A DNA stretch of 64,000 bases, from the NCBI GenBank assembly GCA_963837545.1, contig CAWINQ010000005.1:49525-113524 (forward strand), given 5' to 3'. Positions 36,112 through 45,062 of this stretch are shown piece after piece. The translations under genes and the position numbers were made by a program. Each line of letters begins with the position of its first letter. Position 1 is the stretch's first letter. Source of the DNA: an uncultured Actinomycetota bacterium. GTDB taxonomy: Bacteria > Actinomycetota > Actinomycetes > Mycobacteriales > QHCD01. The notes below the pieces were generated by a model that saw only the letters and a program-made list of their open reading frames with translations, did not search any database and was not told the DNA's origin.

Positions 36112-37344
36112 TTACTCCTTCGCGTGCTCGTCCTGCTCCTTCGCGTGCTCGTCGCTCCGGCGGCGCGTACGCCGGGAGGCGGCGCGCACGTGCGGCAGCC
36201 GCCATGGTCGGTTCGCCTGATGCTCGTGCCGCAGCGGGCCGGTGCGCAACGACAGGTAGGCGAGCGCGGAGGCCGGGATCGGCAGCCAGAAGTTCACCAG
36301 CCGATAGCTCACCACGCCGAGGATCGCGATGCCGCGCGGCGTACCGAACCCGACCAGGGTCGGGACGAGCACCCCCTCGACGATGCCGAGACCGCCGGGA
36401 GTGATGGGGAGTACGGCGACGACGTTGGCCAGGCCGAACGCCACCAGCAGCCCGCCCGGCCCGGCCCGGTGGCCGAAGGCCAGCACGAAGACCCACAGCG
36501 ACGCCGCATCGAGGAGCCAGTTGACCGCGGCCCAGCCGATCGCGGCGGCGAGCCGGTCGCGGTCGCTGCCCAGGATCCGTAGTTGCTCGGCGACCCGGCG
36601 CAGCGCCCGCTCCGCCATGTCCGGGGTGACGAACGGAAGATGCTGGGCGACGGCACGCACGGCGCGCACTGATCCCTCCCGCCCGAGGGTGAGCGCGAAG
36701 ACGGCGCCGGCCGCCGCCAGGAGGAGCAGGACGCCGAGCAGGGCGCCCAGCGCGTAGAGGGGGTTGGCGCCCCGAATGGCCACTGTCACGAGCAGCCCGA
36801 TGAGGAGCATGACGTTGAGCACGACCGCCGAACCGATCCCCTGGACGGTGATGCCGATCAGCGCGTCGGGCCCCCGGACCCCGGCGCTGATGAGCAACCG
36901 GAGCCGCAGCGCGGCCGCCGTCGCGGCACCGCCCGGGACGACGTGGCTGACCCCCAGCGAGGTCACGTCGATCCGCAGCAGCGTCCACCACGAGGGCCGG
37001 CCGGCCCGGGGAAGCACGACCCTGGTCAGTGCCGCGTAGGCACACAGGGACAGCACCTCGAGGACGACGGCGACGACGACGTAGAGGGGATGGACCCGAA
37101 CGAGCAGATGCAGCGCCTTGCGGACACCGGCGAGCTGCGGCAGGACCAGGTACTCCACGACGAGAGCGAAGATCACCAACCCCGCGCCACGGGTCAGCCA
37201 GACCGGCGGTTTGATCCTGCTCACCGATCCATCGTGCCGGGTCGGGCCTGCGTTCCTGCGGTCCGGGCACATATCGGGGCCGCGCGTCACATCCCGGGAA
37301 CCCACCGTGATCCGGCGTGCGGCGCTCTCGGCCGGCCGCATCAC
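36112..37344 (-). CDS. Flippase-like / lysylphosphatidylglycerol-synthase-TM-region family membrane protein (UPF0104).
   Basis: Eight or more TM segments. The start is uncertain (possibly about 37272). The C-terminus carries a 21-bp in-frame duplication (DEHAKEQ DEHAKE). Confidence 0.55.
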   Translation of the reverse strand: MMRPAESAARRITVGSRDVTRGPDMCPDRRNAGPTRHDGSVSRIKPPVWLTRGAGLVIFALVVEYLVLPQLAGVRKALHLLVRVHPLYVVVAVVLEVLSLCAYAALTRVVLPRAGRPSWWTLLRIDVTSLGVSHVVPGGAATAAALRLRLLISAGVRGPDALIGITVQGIGSAVVLNVMLLIGLLVTVAIRGANPLYALGALLGVLLLLAAAGAVFALTLGREGSVRAVRAVAQHLPFVTPDMAERALRRVAEQLRILGSDRDRLAAAIGWAAVNWLLDAASLWVFVLAFGHRAGPGGLLVAFGLANVVAVLPITPGGLGIVEGVLVPTLVGFGTPRGIAILGVVSYRLVNFWLPIPASALAYLSLRTGPLRHEHQANRPWRLPHVRAASRRTRRRSDEHAKEQDEHAKE

Positions 37345-37374
37345 GAACGCGGGACCCCCCCGACCGGCCCGGCA

Positions 37375-37412
37375 GCCCGGCCCGGACGCCCGGACGCCCG
37401 GACGCCCGGACC
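37375..37412. repeat. (GCCCGGAC)n microsatellite, about 4.5 units.
   Basis: cccggacgcccggacgcccggacgcccggacc, immediately 5' of repeat copy 5. Confidence 0.8.
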
Positions 37413-37421
37413 GGAACCGCG

Positions 37422-37486
37422 GGCATCATCGTGCGCCGTACTCGCATAACCGGGCCGATCGTGCGAGTAGAGCGCACGATGTCGAC
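37422..37486. repeat. Palindromic intergenic repeat, A-type unit, copy 5.
   Basis: GGCATCATCGTGCGCCGTACTCGCA-taaccgggccgatcg-TGCGAGTAGAGCGCACGATGTCGAC. Confidence 0.8.
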
Positions 37487-37528
37487 TGTTACCGGCAGCC
37501 GGCCCCGTTCACGGTCTTCTGAGCGGGG

Positions 37529-37978
37529 TCAGTCCCGGGAGAGCAGGCGGTAGGTGAGGCCGGTCGCCAGGGCGTAGACCGCGTGGTGGCCACCGTCGAT
37601 GGCGGCCTCAGTGGCCCCGTAGCGCCAGATCGGCCGGCCCACCTTCAGGCTGGGCAGGACCACCTGCTCGGAGCCCCAGACGGCGGCGAAGTGCACCAGC
37701 GTCGCGACCGGGCCGGACGCTCCCAGGCCGGCAATGGCGCCGCGTACCGCACCCCACCCGGTGCCGTAGCCCCAGTGCACCGCATTGTTGAACCGCATGC
37801 CGTCGCCTTCCACGGGCTCCACGCCGAGCACTTTGGCGGCCGCGTCGGCCGGTGCGGTGCTCGGCTGCCGGCCACGTACCCGGGCCTCCAGCGTCGACGA
37901 GACCGTCATGGCCGCCGTACCGACGAGGCCGGCAACCAGTCCTCGTCCCATGGCTCCGGCGATATCCCCGATCCGCAT
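37529..37978 (-). CDS. Small membrane protein (DUF1440-like).
   Basis: Start placed at MRIGDIAG. Gly/Ala-rich TM segments. Confidence 0.45.
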   Translation of the reverse strand: MRIGDIAGAMGRGLVAGLVGTAAMTVSSTLEARVRGRQPSTAPADAAAKVLGVEPVEGDGMRFNNAVHWGYGTGWGAVRGAIAGLGASGPVATLVHFAAVWGSEQVVLPSLKVGRPIWRYGATEAAIDGGHHAVYALATGLTYRLLSRD

Positions 37979-38168
37979 ACGGCATCCCCTCGTCGGACCG
38001 TCTCCCGCGGTGGCGGCCAGATCCGAGCGTACGACGCCGGCCCGCCGCCGGGGTGCTGCGCACACATCCTCGGCCAGCGGGCTGTCAGCGGCTGCCAGCC
38101 GAATGTGCGGGCCCTGACAGGCGGACTTGTCACGGTGTGGTCATGACCAAGGACCCAGGAGGGACGAC

Positions 38169-39128
38169 ATGACGTACGCCATCAGGGCGGAAGGACTCGT
38201 GAAGCGCTTCGGCGAGACGGTGGCGCTGGCCGGGGTCGACCTCGCCGTCCCGCAGGGCGCCGTGATGGGCGTCCTCGGGCCGAACGGGGCGGGCAAGACC
38301 ACGGCGGTCCGCATCCTCGCCACCCTGCTCCAGCCCGATGCGGGCCACGCCGCGGTGAGCGGGCTCGACGTCGTCCGCGACGCCGAGAAGGTACGGCGGG
38401 AGATCGGCCTGACCGGGCAGTACGCCTCGGTCGACGAGGATCTCACCGGTCGGGAGAACCTCGTCCTGATCGGTCGGCTGCTCGACCTGACCCGGTCCGA
38501 CGCCCGGGCCCGGGGGCGGCAGCTGCTCGCCGACTTCGGGCTCACCGACGCCGCGGACCGCCCGGTGAAGACCTACTCCGGCGGCATGCGCCGGCGCCTG
38601 GATCTCGCCGCCAGCCTGGTCGGCCGGCCCTCGGTGATCTACCTCGACGAGCCGACGACAGGCCTCGACCCGGGCAAGCGGGACGACGTCTGGCGCATCG
38701 TCCGCGACCTCGCCGACGACGGCGTGACGGTGCTGCTCACCACCCAGTACCTCGACGAGGCGGACGCGCTCGCCGACGAGATCTCGGTGATCGACCACGG
38801 CAGCGTCATCGCCCAGGGCACGCCGCACGAGCTGAAGCAGATCGTCGGAGGGCAGACCCTCCAGGTCCGGCCGGTCGACGCGACCCGGCTGGACGAGGTG
38901 GCGGCGATCCTGCTCGCGGTCACCGACCACGAGGTGGAGACACCGAGCCGGGGGGTGCTCAGTGTCGCGGTCGACGGGGATGCCGCACTGACCACCGTCG
39001 TCCGGCACCTGCACGAGTCCGGAATCGCGGTCACCGAACTGGCGCTGGGACTGCCCAGCCTCGATGAGGTCTTCTTCGCCCTCACCGGACGCCGTACCAC
39101 CGAAGACGACAAGGAGAACGCAGCATGA
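38169..39128 (+). CDS. ABC transporter ATP-binding protein (DrrA / daunorubicin-resistance-like, ABC-2 subfamily).
   Basis: AGGAGG RBS. Walker A GPNGAGKTT, signature YSGGMRRRL, Walker B IYLDEPTTGLD. Confidence 0.8.
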   Translation: MTYAIRAEGLVKRFGETVALAGVDLAVPQGAVMGVLGPNGAGKTTAVRILATLLQPDAGHAAVSGLDVVRDAEKVRREIGLTGQYASVDEDLTGRENLVLIGRLLDLTRSDARARGRQLLADFGLTDAADRPVKTYSGGMRRRLDLAASLVGRPSVIYLDEPTTGLDPGKRDDVWRIVRDLADDGVTVLLTTQYLDEADALADEISVIDHGSVIAQGTPHELKQIVGGQTLQVRPVDATRLDEVAAILLAVTDHEVETPSRGVLSVAVDGDAALTTVVRHLHESGIAVTELALGLPSLDEVFFALTGRRTTEDDKENAA

Positions 39129-39952
39129 GTGTCCTGACCGCGCCGACGGTCACCGAGCGGCCGCCGACCACGCCGACCCAGACCCCCGCGCGCCCGATGG
39201 CTCTGGTGCGCCACAGCCTCAGCCTCGCCCAGCGCAGCATCATCAAGATCAAGCGAACGCCCGAGCAGCTGATGGACGTGACCCTGCAGCCCATCATCTT
39301 CGTGCTGCTCTTCGTCTACATCTTCGGCGGCGCCGTCGCCGGATCGACCCACGACTACCTGCAGTACGTCCTGCCGGCGATCATGGTGCAGACCGTCGTC
39401 TTCTCCTCGGTGAGCATCGGCGTGAACCTCAACACCGACGTCGACAAGGGCGTCTTCGACCGGTTCCGCAGCCTGCCCATCCCGCGATCGGCCCCCCTGG
39501 TCGGGGCAGTGCTCGGCGACATGGTCCGGTACGCCGTGTCGGTCGTCGTCCTGATGGGTTTCGGCTCACTGCTCGGCTTCCGCGTGGCGACTGACCCGCT
39601 GTCGGCGCTGGCCGCCTGCCTGCTGGTCATCTTCTTCGCGCTCTGCCTGTGCTGGATCTCGGTCTACCTGGGAATGGTCTTCCGCCAGCCCGGCGCGGTG
39701 CAGGGCGTGGGATTCCTGGTGATGTTCCCGCTCACCTTCGGCAGCAACATGTTCGTGCAGGCCTCCAGCATGCCGGGCTGGCTGCAGGAGTGGGTGAAGA
39801 TCAACCCGATCACGCACCTCGTCGACGCTGCACGGCACCTGATGCTCGGCGGAGCGGTGGCGGTCCCGGTGCTCGAGGCGCTGGCGTGGGGGATCGGCAT
39901 CCTCGCCGTCTTCGCGCCGCTCGCGGTGCGGGCGTACCGCCGGAAAGCCTGA
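39125..39952 (+). CDS. ABC-2 type transporter permease (DrrB-like).
   Basis: Six TM segments. ATGA overlap with the ATPase gene. Confidence 0.75.
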   Translation: MSVLTAPTVTERPPTTPTQTPARPMALVRHSLSLAQRSIIKIKRTPEQLMDVTLQPIIFVLLFVYIFGGAVAGSTHDYLQYVLPAIMVQTVVFSSVSIGVNLNTDVDKGVFDRFRSLPIPRSAPLVGAVLGDMVRYAVSVVVLMGFGSLLGFRVATDPLSALAACLLVIFFALCLCWISVYLGMVFRQPGAVQGVGFLVMFPLTFGSNMFVQASSMPGWLQEWVKINPITHLVDAARHLMLGGAVAVPVLEALAWGIGILAVFAPLAVRAYRRKA

Positions 39953-39966
39953 CCCGGCAGGCCGAC

Positions 39967-42900
39967 TCAGCAGTCGACGCGCTCGCCCACTCCGCCCGGC
40001 CGGAGGAGGGCGAGCGCGTCGCCGCGTTGCAGCCGGGTGCCCCGCTGGTACGCCTCGTCGTAGCCGTCGGCACCGAGGAGGGCGCGTAGCCGCTGCGACA
40101 CCCGCGCCACATCCGGGTTGCCGACATCCTCCATGCCGCGCAGGGCCGTGGCCGCCCCTAGCTGCTCGGCCGCACGGACGGCGTCGCCGTCGGCGAGCAG
40201 CGTCCACTCGGCCGTGGCGATCGCCGCGACCGCCATGACGGGCATGTCATGGGTGAGCGTCGCCATCTCGATCGCCACCTGCAATCGGTCTCCGGCCGAC
40301 ACGAGCTCGCCGTCGGCCAGGTCGAGGCAGGCGAGCCCGGCAAGCATGACTGCCTTGGCCTGCGGCGGCCCGCCACCGAAGCGCTCGAACCGGGTCAACG
40401 CCTCTTCGGTCAGCCGTCGGCCGGTCGCGGTGTCGCCACGCAGTCGCTCGATCTCGGCGAGACCGTGCAGGGCGAGGGCGCCGAAGATCGCGCTGCCGGA
40501 CTCCGTGGCTGCATCCACGACCTGCCGGAGATCGGTCTGCGCCCGGTCGGTCTCGCCGCGCCGGGCCCGCACCATCGCCATCCGGATCTGCACGAAGTGC
40601 ATGTCGTCGGGAGCGTGGAGGGCTTTCATCAACTGCAGTGACCGCTCGAACTCCGCCAGCGCCGTGTCGAGCTCACCGACGGTCATGTGCAGCGCGCCGA
40701 GGGCGGACAGCGTGTTGGCCAGACCCCATCGCTCCCCGAGCTCGTCGAAAGCCCGCAGCGCCTCGGCCAGGTCGCCGCGCATGCTCGCGGCATCGCCCTC
40801 GTTCTCGGCGATGAGTCCCCGCAGCATGCGGAGCGTGGCCCGGGTCCACCTGTCCGGGCTGGACAGCCCACGCTCGATCGCGGCGTAGGCGCGGGGGATG
40901 TCCTCGGCGAGCATCGCCATTCCCGGCTCGACCAGACTGAGCACCGGGTGCCGTCCCCGCGGGTCGAGACCGCCGAACGTCTCCAGCATCCCGAGCGCGG
41001 TCTCCCGGCCCCGGCGATACTCCCCGATGGACATCGCGCTCATCGCCTGCACCGTCGTGGCGATCGCCCGCGGCTCGGCCGGCGCCTCTCCGGGCACCGC
41101 GAGGGCCAGCTCCAGCCAGCTGGCCGCCTCGGCACTACTTCCGCGCAGCGTCCAGAACCAGCTGAGCGCCGCGCCGGTCCGGACCGCGGTCGCCGCGTCC
41201 TGCGCGTCGACGGCGTAGCGCAACGCCGCCAGCAGGTTCTCCCGCTCGACATTGAGCCGGGATAGCCACGGCAGCTGCTCCGCGGTACGCAGGTAGGGGT
41301 CGGCGGTCTCGGCCAGGCCGCAGAAGTAGGCGGCGTGGCTGGCCTGCACGGCGGCGATCGCCCCCTCGTCGGCGAGACGCTCGGCGCCGTACTCCCGGAT
41401 CGTCTCGAGCATGCGGTAGCGCGGCGGGTCTCCATCGGCGAGGAGCAGCAACGACTTGTCGACCAGCGCCGCCAGCAGGTCGGGGACCTGCCCGGCCGGA
41501 ACGGCGCCGGCGCCGACCGCCTCGGCGCTCTCGACGGTGGCGCCGGCCGGGAAGACCGCGAGCCGGCCGGCCAACGCCCGCTCCTGATCGCTCAGCAGCT
41601 CCCAGCTCCACTCGACGACCGCCCGCAGCGTGCGGTGCCGGGGCACCGCCGTGCGGCTCCCGCCGGTGAGCAGCCGGAAGCGGTCGTCGAGGCGGTCCGC
41701 GACCTGCTGGACCGACATCGACCGCAGCCGCGCCGCGGCAAGCTCGATCGCGAGCGGGAGCCCGTCGAGCCGACGGCAGATCTGGATTACCGCCTCGACG
41801 TTGCCCAAGTCCACCGCGAACCCAGGAGCGACGGCCGCGGCCCGGTCCGAGAACAGCCGCACCGCGGGACTCGCCGCGGCGTCGGTCACCGACCCGTCGG
41901 CAGGCGGCCGGCCGAGCGGCGGGACGGGGAGCAGGGTCTCCCCGAGGATGCCGAGCGGCTCCCGGCTCGTGGCAAGGATGCGCAGGTCGGGGCAGCGGGC
42001 GAGCAGCTGGTCGGCCAGCCCGGCTGCGGCGTCGATCAGGTGCTCGCAGTTGTCGAGGATGAGCAGTGCCTGTTTGTCGACCAGGGTGTCGAGCAGCGTG
42101 CCCATCGTGTCCAGCGGCGCGCTCTGCCGGCGGATGTCGAGCAGTGTCGCCTCGCGGGGACCGAACGCGCCGAGGACCGCCTGCGGCAGGTCGTCCGGGT
42201 CGGTGACCGACGCGAGCTCGGCCAGCCAGACGCCGTGGCGCACCGACTCCGTCACCCGCGCCCCGGTCTCCGCAGCGAGCCGGGTTTTGCCGCCGCCGCC
42301 AGGTCCGACCAGGGTGATCAGCCGGCTCTCCTCGAGCTGCTTCCCGATTCGCGCGAGCTCCTCGTCGCGTCCGACGAAGCTCGTCAGCTGCGAGCGCAGA
42401 TTGCTCCTCGGCGACGCGGGCGCGGCAGGTTCTGCGGGTCGTGCGGCCGGTTCGCCCCGCAGCACGGCCAGGTGCGCAGCCTGCAGCTGCGGCCCGGGGT
42501 CGACTCCGAGTTCGTCGGCGAGCAGGCGGCGGGTCTGCTCGTACGTCGTGAGCGCGTCGGCCTGCCGTCCGACGGCGTACAGCGCGGTGACGAGCGCGGC
42601 CCGCAGCCGCTCCCGCAGCGGGTATTCGGCGGCCAGCGTCTCGAGCTCACCGACGACGGCGGCGTGCCGACCGAGCGCGAGGTCGGCGTCGATCCGGTCC
42701 TCCCGCGCCGCCAGCCGGAGCTCCTCCAGCCGCGCGGCCGCGGGGGCGGCGAACGGCGCGTCACCCGCGTCGGTCAGCGGCAGACCACGCCACAGCCGCA
42801 GCGCGGCATGCAGGGTCTCGCTCGCGGCGGGCAGCTCGCCTGCGTCGAGCTGCTGCCGGCCTCGACGGGCCAGGCGTTCGAACCGGATCGCGTCGACGTC

Positions 42901-43179
42901 GTCGGCCGCGACGTCGAGCCGGTACCCGCGGCCCGTCGAGGCGATCGCGGACTTGTCGGGGAGGATCCGGCGCAGCCGGGAGACCAGCGACTGCAGGGCG
43001 TTCGCCTCGTCCGCCGGCGGGATCTCACCCCACAGCGCGTCGACCAGGGACCGGGTGCCGACGACGCCGCCCGCGTCCAGCGCCAGCCGGATCAGCAGCG
43101 CGCGCAGCCGGACGCCGCCGACCTGGACCGGCCGGCTGTCCTCGGTCAGCTCGAGCGGACCCAGAATGGCCACCTGCAC
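39967..43179 (-). CDS. AfsR/SARP-family transcriptional regulator with BTAD, NB-ARC ATPase and TPR domains.
   Basis: N-terminal OmpR-like DNA-binding domain plus BTAD. P-loop LVGPGGGGKTRLA. Long TPR C-terminus. 1070 aa. Confidence 0.8.
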   Translation of the reverse strand: MQVAILGPLELTEDSRPVQVGGVRLRALLIRLALDAGGVVGTRSLVDALWGEIPPADEANALQSLVSRLRRILPDKSAIASTGRGYRLDVAADDVDAIRFERLARRGRQQLDAGELPAASETLHAALRLWRGLPLTDAGDAPFAAPAAARLEELRLAAREDRIDADLALGRHAAVVGELETLAAEYPLRERLRAALVTALYAVGRQADALTTYEQTRRLLADELGVDPGPQLQAAHLAVLRGEPAARPAEPAAPASPRSNLRSQLTSFVGRDEELARIGKQLEESRLITLVGPGGGGKTRLAAETGARVTESVRHGVWLAELASVTDPDDLPQAVLGAFGPREATLLDIRRQSAPLDTMGTLLDTLVDKQALLILDNCEHLIDAAAGLADQLLARCPDLRILATSREPLGILGETLLPVPPLGRPPADGSVTDAAASPAVRLFSDRAAAVAPGFAVDLGNVEAVIQICRRLDGLPLAIELAAARLRSMSVQQVADRLDDRFRLLTGGSRTAVPRHRTLRAVVEWSWELLSDQERALAGRLAVFPAGATVESAEAVGAGAVPAGQVPDLLAALVDKSLLLLADGDPPRYRMLETIREYGAERLADEGAIAAVQASHAAYFCGLAETADPYLRTAEQLPWLSRLNVERENLLAALRYAVDAQDAATAVRTGAALSWFWTLRGSSAEAASWLELALAVPGEAPAEPRAIATTVQAMSAMSIGEYRRGRETALGMLETFGGLDPRGRHPVLSLVEPGMAMLAEDIPRAYAAIERGLSSPDRWTRATLRMLRGLIAENEGDAASMRGDLAEALRAFDELGERWGLANTLSALGALHMTVGELDTALAEFERSLQLMKALHAPDDMHFVQIRMAMVRARRGETDRAQTDLRQVVDAATESGSAIFGALALHGLAEIERLRGDTATGRRLTEEALTRFERFGGGPPQAKAVMLAGLACLDLADGELVSAGDRLQVAIEMATLTHDMPVMAVAAIATAEWTLLADGDAVRAAEQLGAATALRGMEDVGNPDVARVSQRLRALLGADGYDEAYQRGTRLQRGDALALLRPGGVGERVDC

Positions 43180-43203
43180 CGGACCACTCTCTCAGGTCCG
43201 TCC

Positions 43204-44151
43204 TTACCTGGTCGGGATCCGTCCGTCGAAATAGGTCCCGACGGCCCGCAGGGCGCGTCGCTGTTCCAGATCCACCACGGTCCGGTTGCGGCCGGCGTCC
43301 TCGACGTCGCGAACCGCGAGGTACATCGCCTCCACGGCGGCCTGGGTGGACGGGAACGGTCCGTGGTCGCGGACGACGCCGCGCAGCCGGGCATCCACGA
43401 CGTCGAGCAGCGGAGTGGTGAAGACGATCTGCCGGACCCCGATCGGGAGGGCGAGGAACGGCGCGAGCGCGGCCCAGTTCACCCGCCAGAGCCGGACGAG
43501 TGCGGGGTAGCGCTGGCCGAACCTCGCGGCGAAGTCGTCGAGCGCCGCGGCGGCGGACATCTCGTCCGGCGCGGTGTAGACGGGGAGGAGCGCCGCGCTG
43601 ACCGCCGCCCAACTCCGGCGGGGCCCGTACTGCCGCGACGCCCGGATCAGGCCGAGCACCCGGGTCTGGCGGATCGCCCGCGGCCAGGTCACCCCGATCG
43701 CGTCCGGCAGCCCGGGCACCCCCTCACCGCTGACACCGTCACCGGCGACACCGTCACCGCCGACCCAGTCGCAGCTGACCAGGCACACGTCGGACATCCC
43801 GCGAGCAGTCACCCGTTCGAACAGGTCGAGCCAGAACGTCGAGGACTCCCCCGGGTCAGGGGCGGGCCACAGGCCGAGCACCTGCTCGACGCCGGCACAG
43901 TCCACCCCGCCGACGACGTAGATCGGGCGGGTGCGAGCGCTCGGATGGCCGATCCGGACCGACACCTCGTTGACGAACACCACTGGCCAGACGGCGTCGA
44001 GCGGCCGGCCCTGCCAGGCCGTCAGGGCCTCGACGACGGTGTCGGGCAGCTGCCCGATCAGGTGGGCCGACCCGTTGGTGCCACGGCGGGCCGTCCCGGT
44101 CCGCCCGGCGACCCGGGCTTCATCCGGTGCCTGATGCACGGTGTCGGTCAT
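43204..44151 (-). mobile_element. IS256 (mutator) family transposase remnant: N-terminally truncated and probably catalytically dead.
   Basis: The WQGRPLDAVWPVVFVNEVSV...YVVGGVDCAGVEQVLGLW...FWLDLFERVTARG...LPDAIGVTWPRAIRQTRVLGLIRAS block is homologous to IS256/IS1081 transposases. The first DDE Asp is Asn (VFVNEV). It lacks the N-terminal 130 aa or so. An internal 15-bp tandem repeat encodes GDGVAGDGVSGEGV. Confidence 0.7.
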
Positions 44152-44611
44152 TCGTCATCCCCCGAGTTGTTCTGGACAGCGCAGCGCCCGGCGCCGGTCA
44201 CGCCGTCATCGACGGAACATGCCAGCACCGCGCCCACGAGCACGGAGGACAGCCCGCGCTGCTGGGCCCAGGATCCGGGCGGAAGAGGCGATCTGCTTGC
44301 TGCCATGGACTTCCCGACGCGGGTGACGGCTGTTCGGACCGAGACCAGGCCTCCCCTCGCGCGGAAAGCGGTGGAGTCGACGAACGCACGGCACGCCGAA
44401 GCCACCGTGCGTCCCTACCGAACCGGCCGAAGCCCCCCAGCGGCCCGCCCCTGCGGGTTGTCGCTCTACTCGACCCAAGCCAGTCACCGCGCAGCGTATC
44501 TCAGCTTTCACACGAAGTGACCCGCACCGCAAAAATCCCGGGAGCCGTGCTCCTCCCCATCCGGCCCGTCGCGCCCCGGCCGCCCCGGCGGCACCGCCGA
44601 CCAATCTCCGT

Positions 44612-44674
44612 GGATCACGCGATATCTATCTGCGTCGATCCCGCGATCTCTATTTGCGTGGATCCCGCGATACC
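44612..44674. repeat. 24-bp direct repeats x2.6 (GATCaCGCGATaTCTATcTGCGTc / GATCcCGCGATcTCTATtTGCGTg / GATCCCGCGATACC).
   Basis: Directly visible in a 900-bp non-coding, lower-GC gap. Confidence 0.8.
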
Positions 44675-44723
44675 CCTTGCCCGTGGGGGCACCCGAGGCT
44701 CACCATGCTCCTAGTGCAACGAC

Positions 44724-44761
44724 GCATCTCAGTGCGCATCTCAGTGTGGGCATCTCGGCAG
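44724..44761. repeat. 12-14-bp direct repeats x3 (GCATCTCAGTGC / GCATCTCAGTGTGG / GCATCTCGGCAG).
   Basis: Directly visible. Followed by the imperfect palindrome CCGATCCGGGTATCGG. Confidence 0.75.
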
Positions 44762-44846
44762 GGCGGTGCCGATCCGGGTATCGGGGCTGTCGGCGCCATG
44801 GCATGACTCGATCACCGGGACGGGGAGAGGTGCGGTGATTCCGACG

Positions 44847-45047
44847 ATGGATACGTCGCTGGCTGACCGGCTGGAGATTCACAACGCCGGTTTCAGCGAA
44901 GACGCTGCCAGGGCCGGGCTGTGCGGAAGCCTGCACCTGCCGACCGGCCGGATCTGTCTGCACGGCGCCCGGCATGCCGGGCCGTGTGAATTCAGCACCC
45001 CGGCGAAGCTCACCGCACGGCTGCGGGCCGCGAAGTCTCGTCGCTGA
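44847..45047 (+). CDS. Possible small Cys-containing ORF (66 aa, MDTSLADRLEIHNAGFSEDAARAGLCGSLHLPTGRICLHGARHAGPCEF...).
   Basis: GGGGAGAGG RBS-like purine run 8-14 nt upstream. No family recognised. Confidence 0.2.
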   Translation: MDTSLADRLEIHNAGFSEDAARAGLCGSLHLPTGRICLHGARHAGPCEFSTPAKLTARLRAAKSRR

Positions 45048-45062
45048 TCTCCGGTCGGTCGA

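Noticed and set aside
35990-37477. 495-aa minus-strand ORF.
   Set aside because: Arg/Pro-rich. It is out of frame with the credible polytopic membrane protein (36112..37344) and spans repeat copy 5.
41335-44520. 1061-aa plus-strand ORF.
   Set aside because: Antisense to the SARP regulator and transposase remnant, which have clear domain signatures. Typical high-GC antisense open frame with low-complexity R/G/D/P composition.
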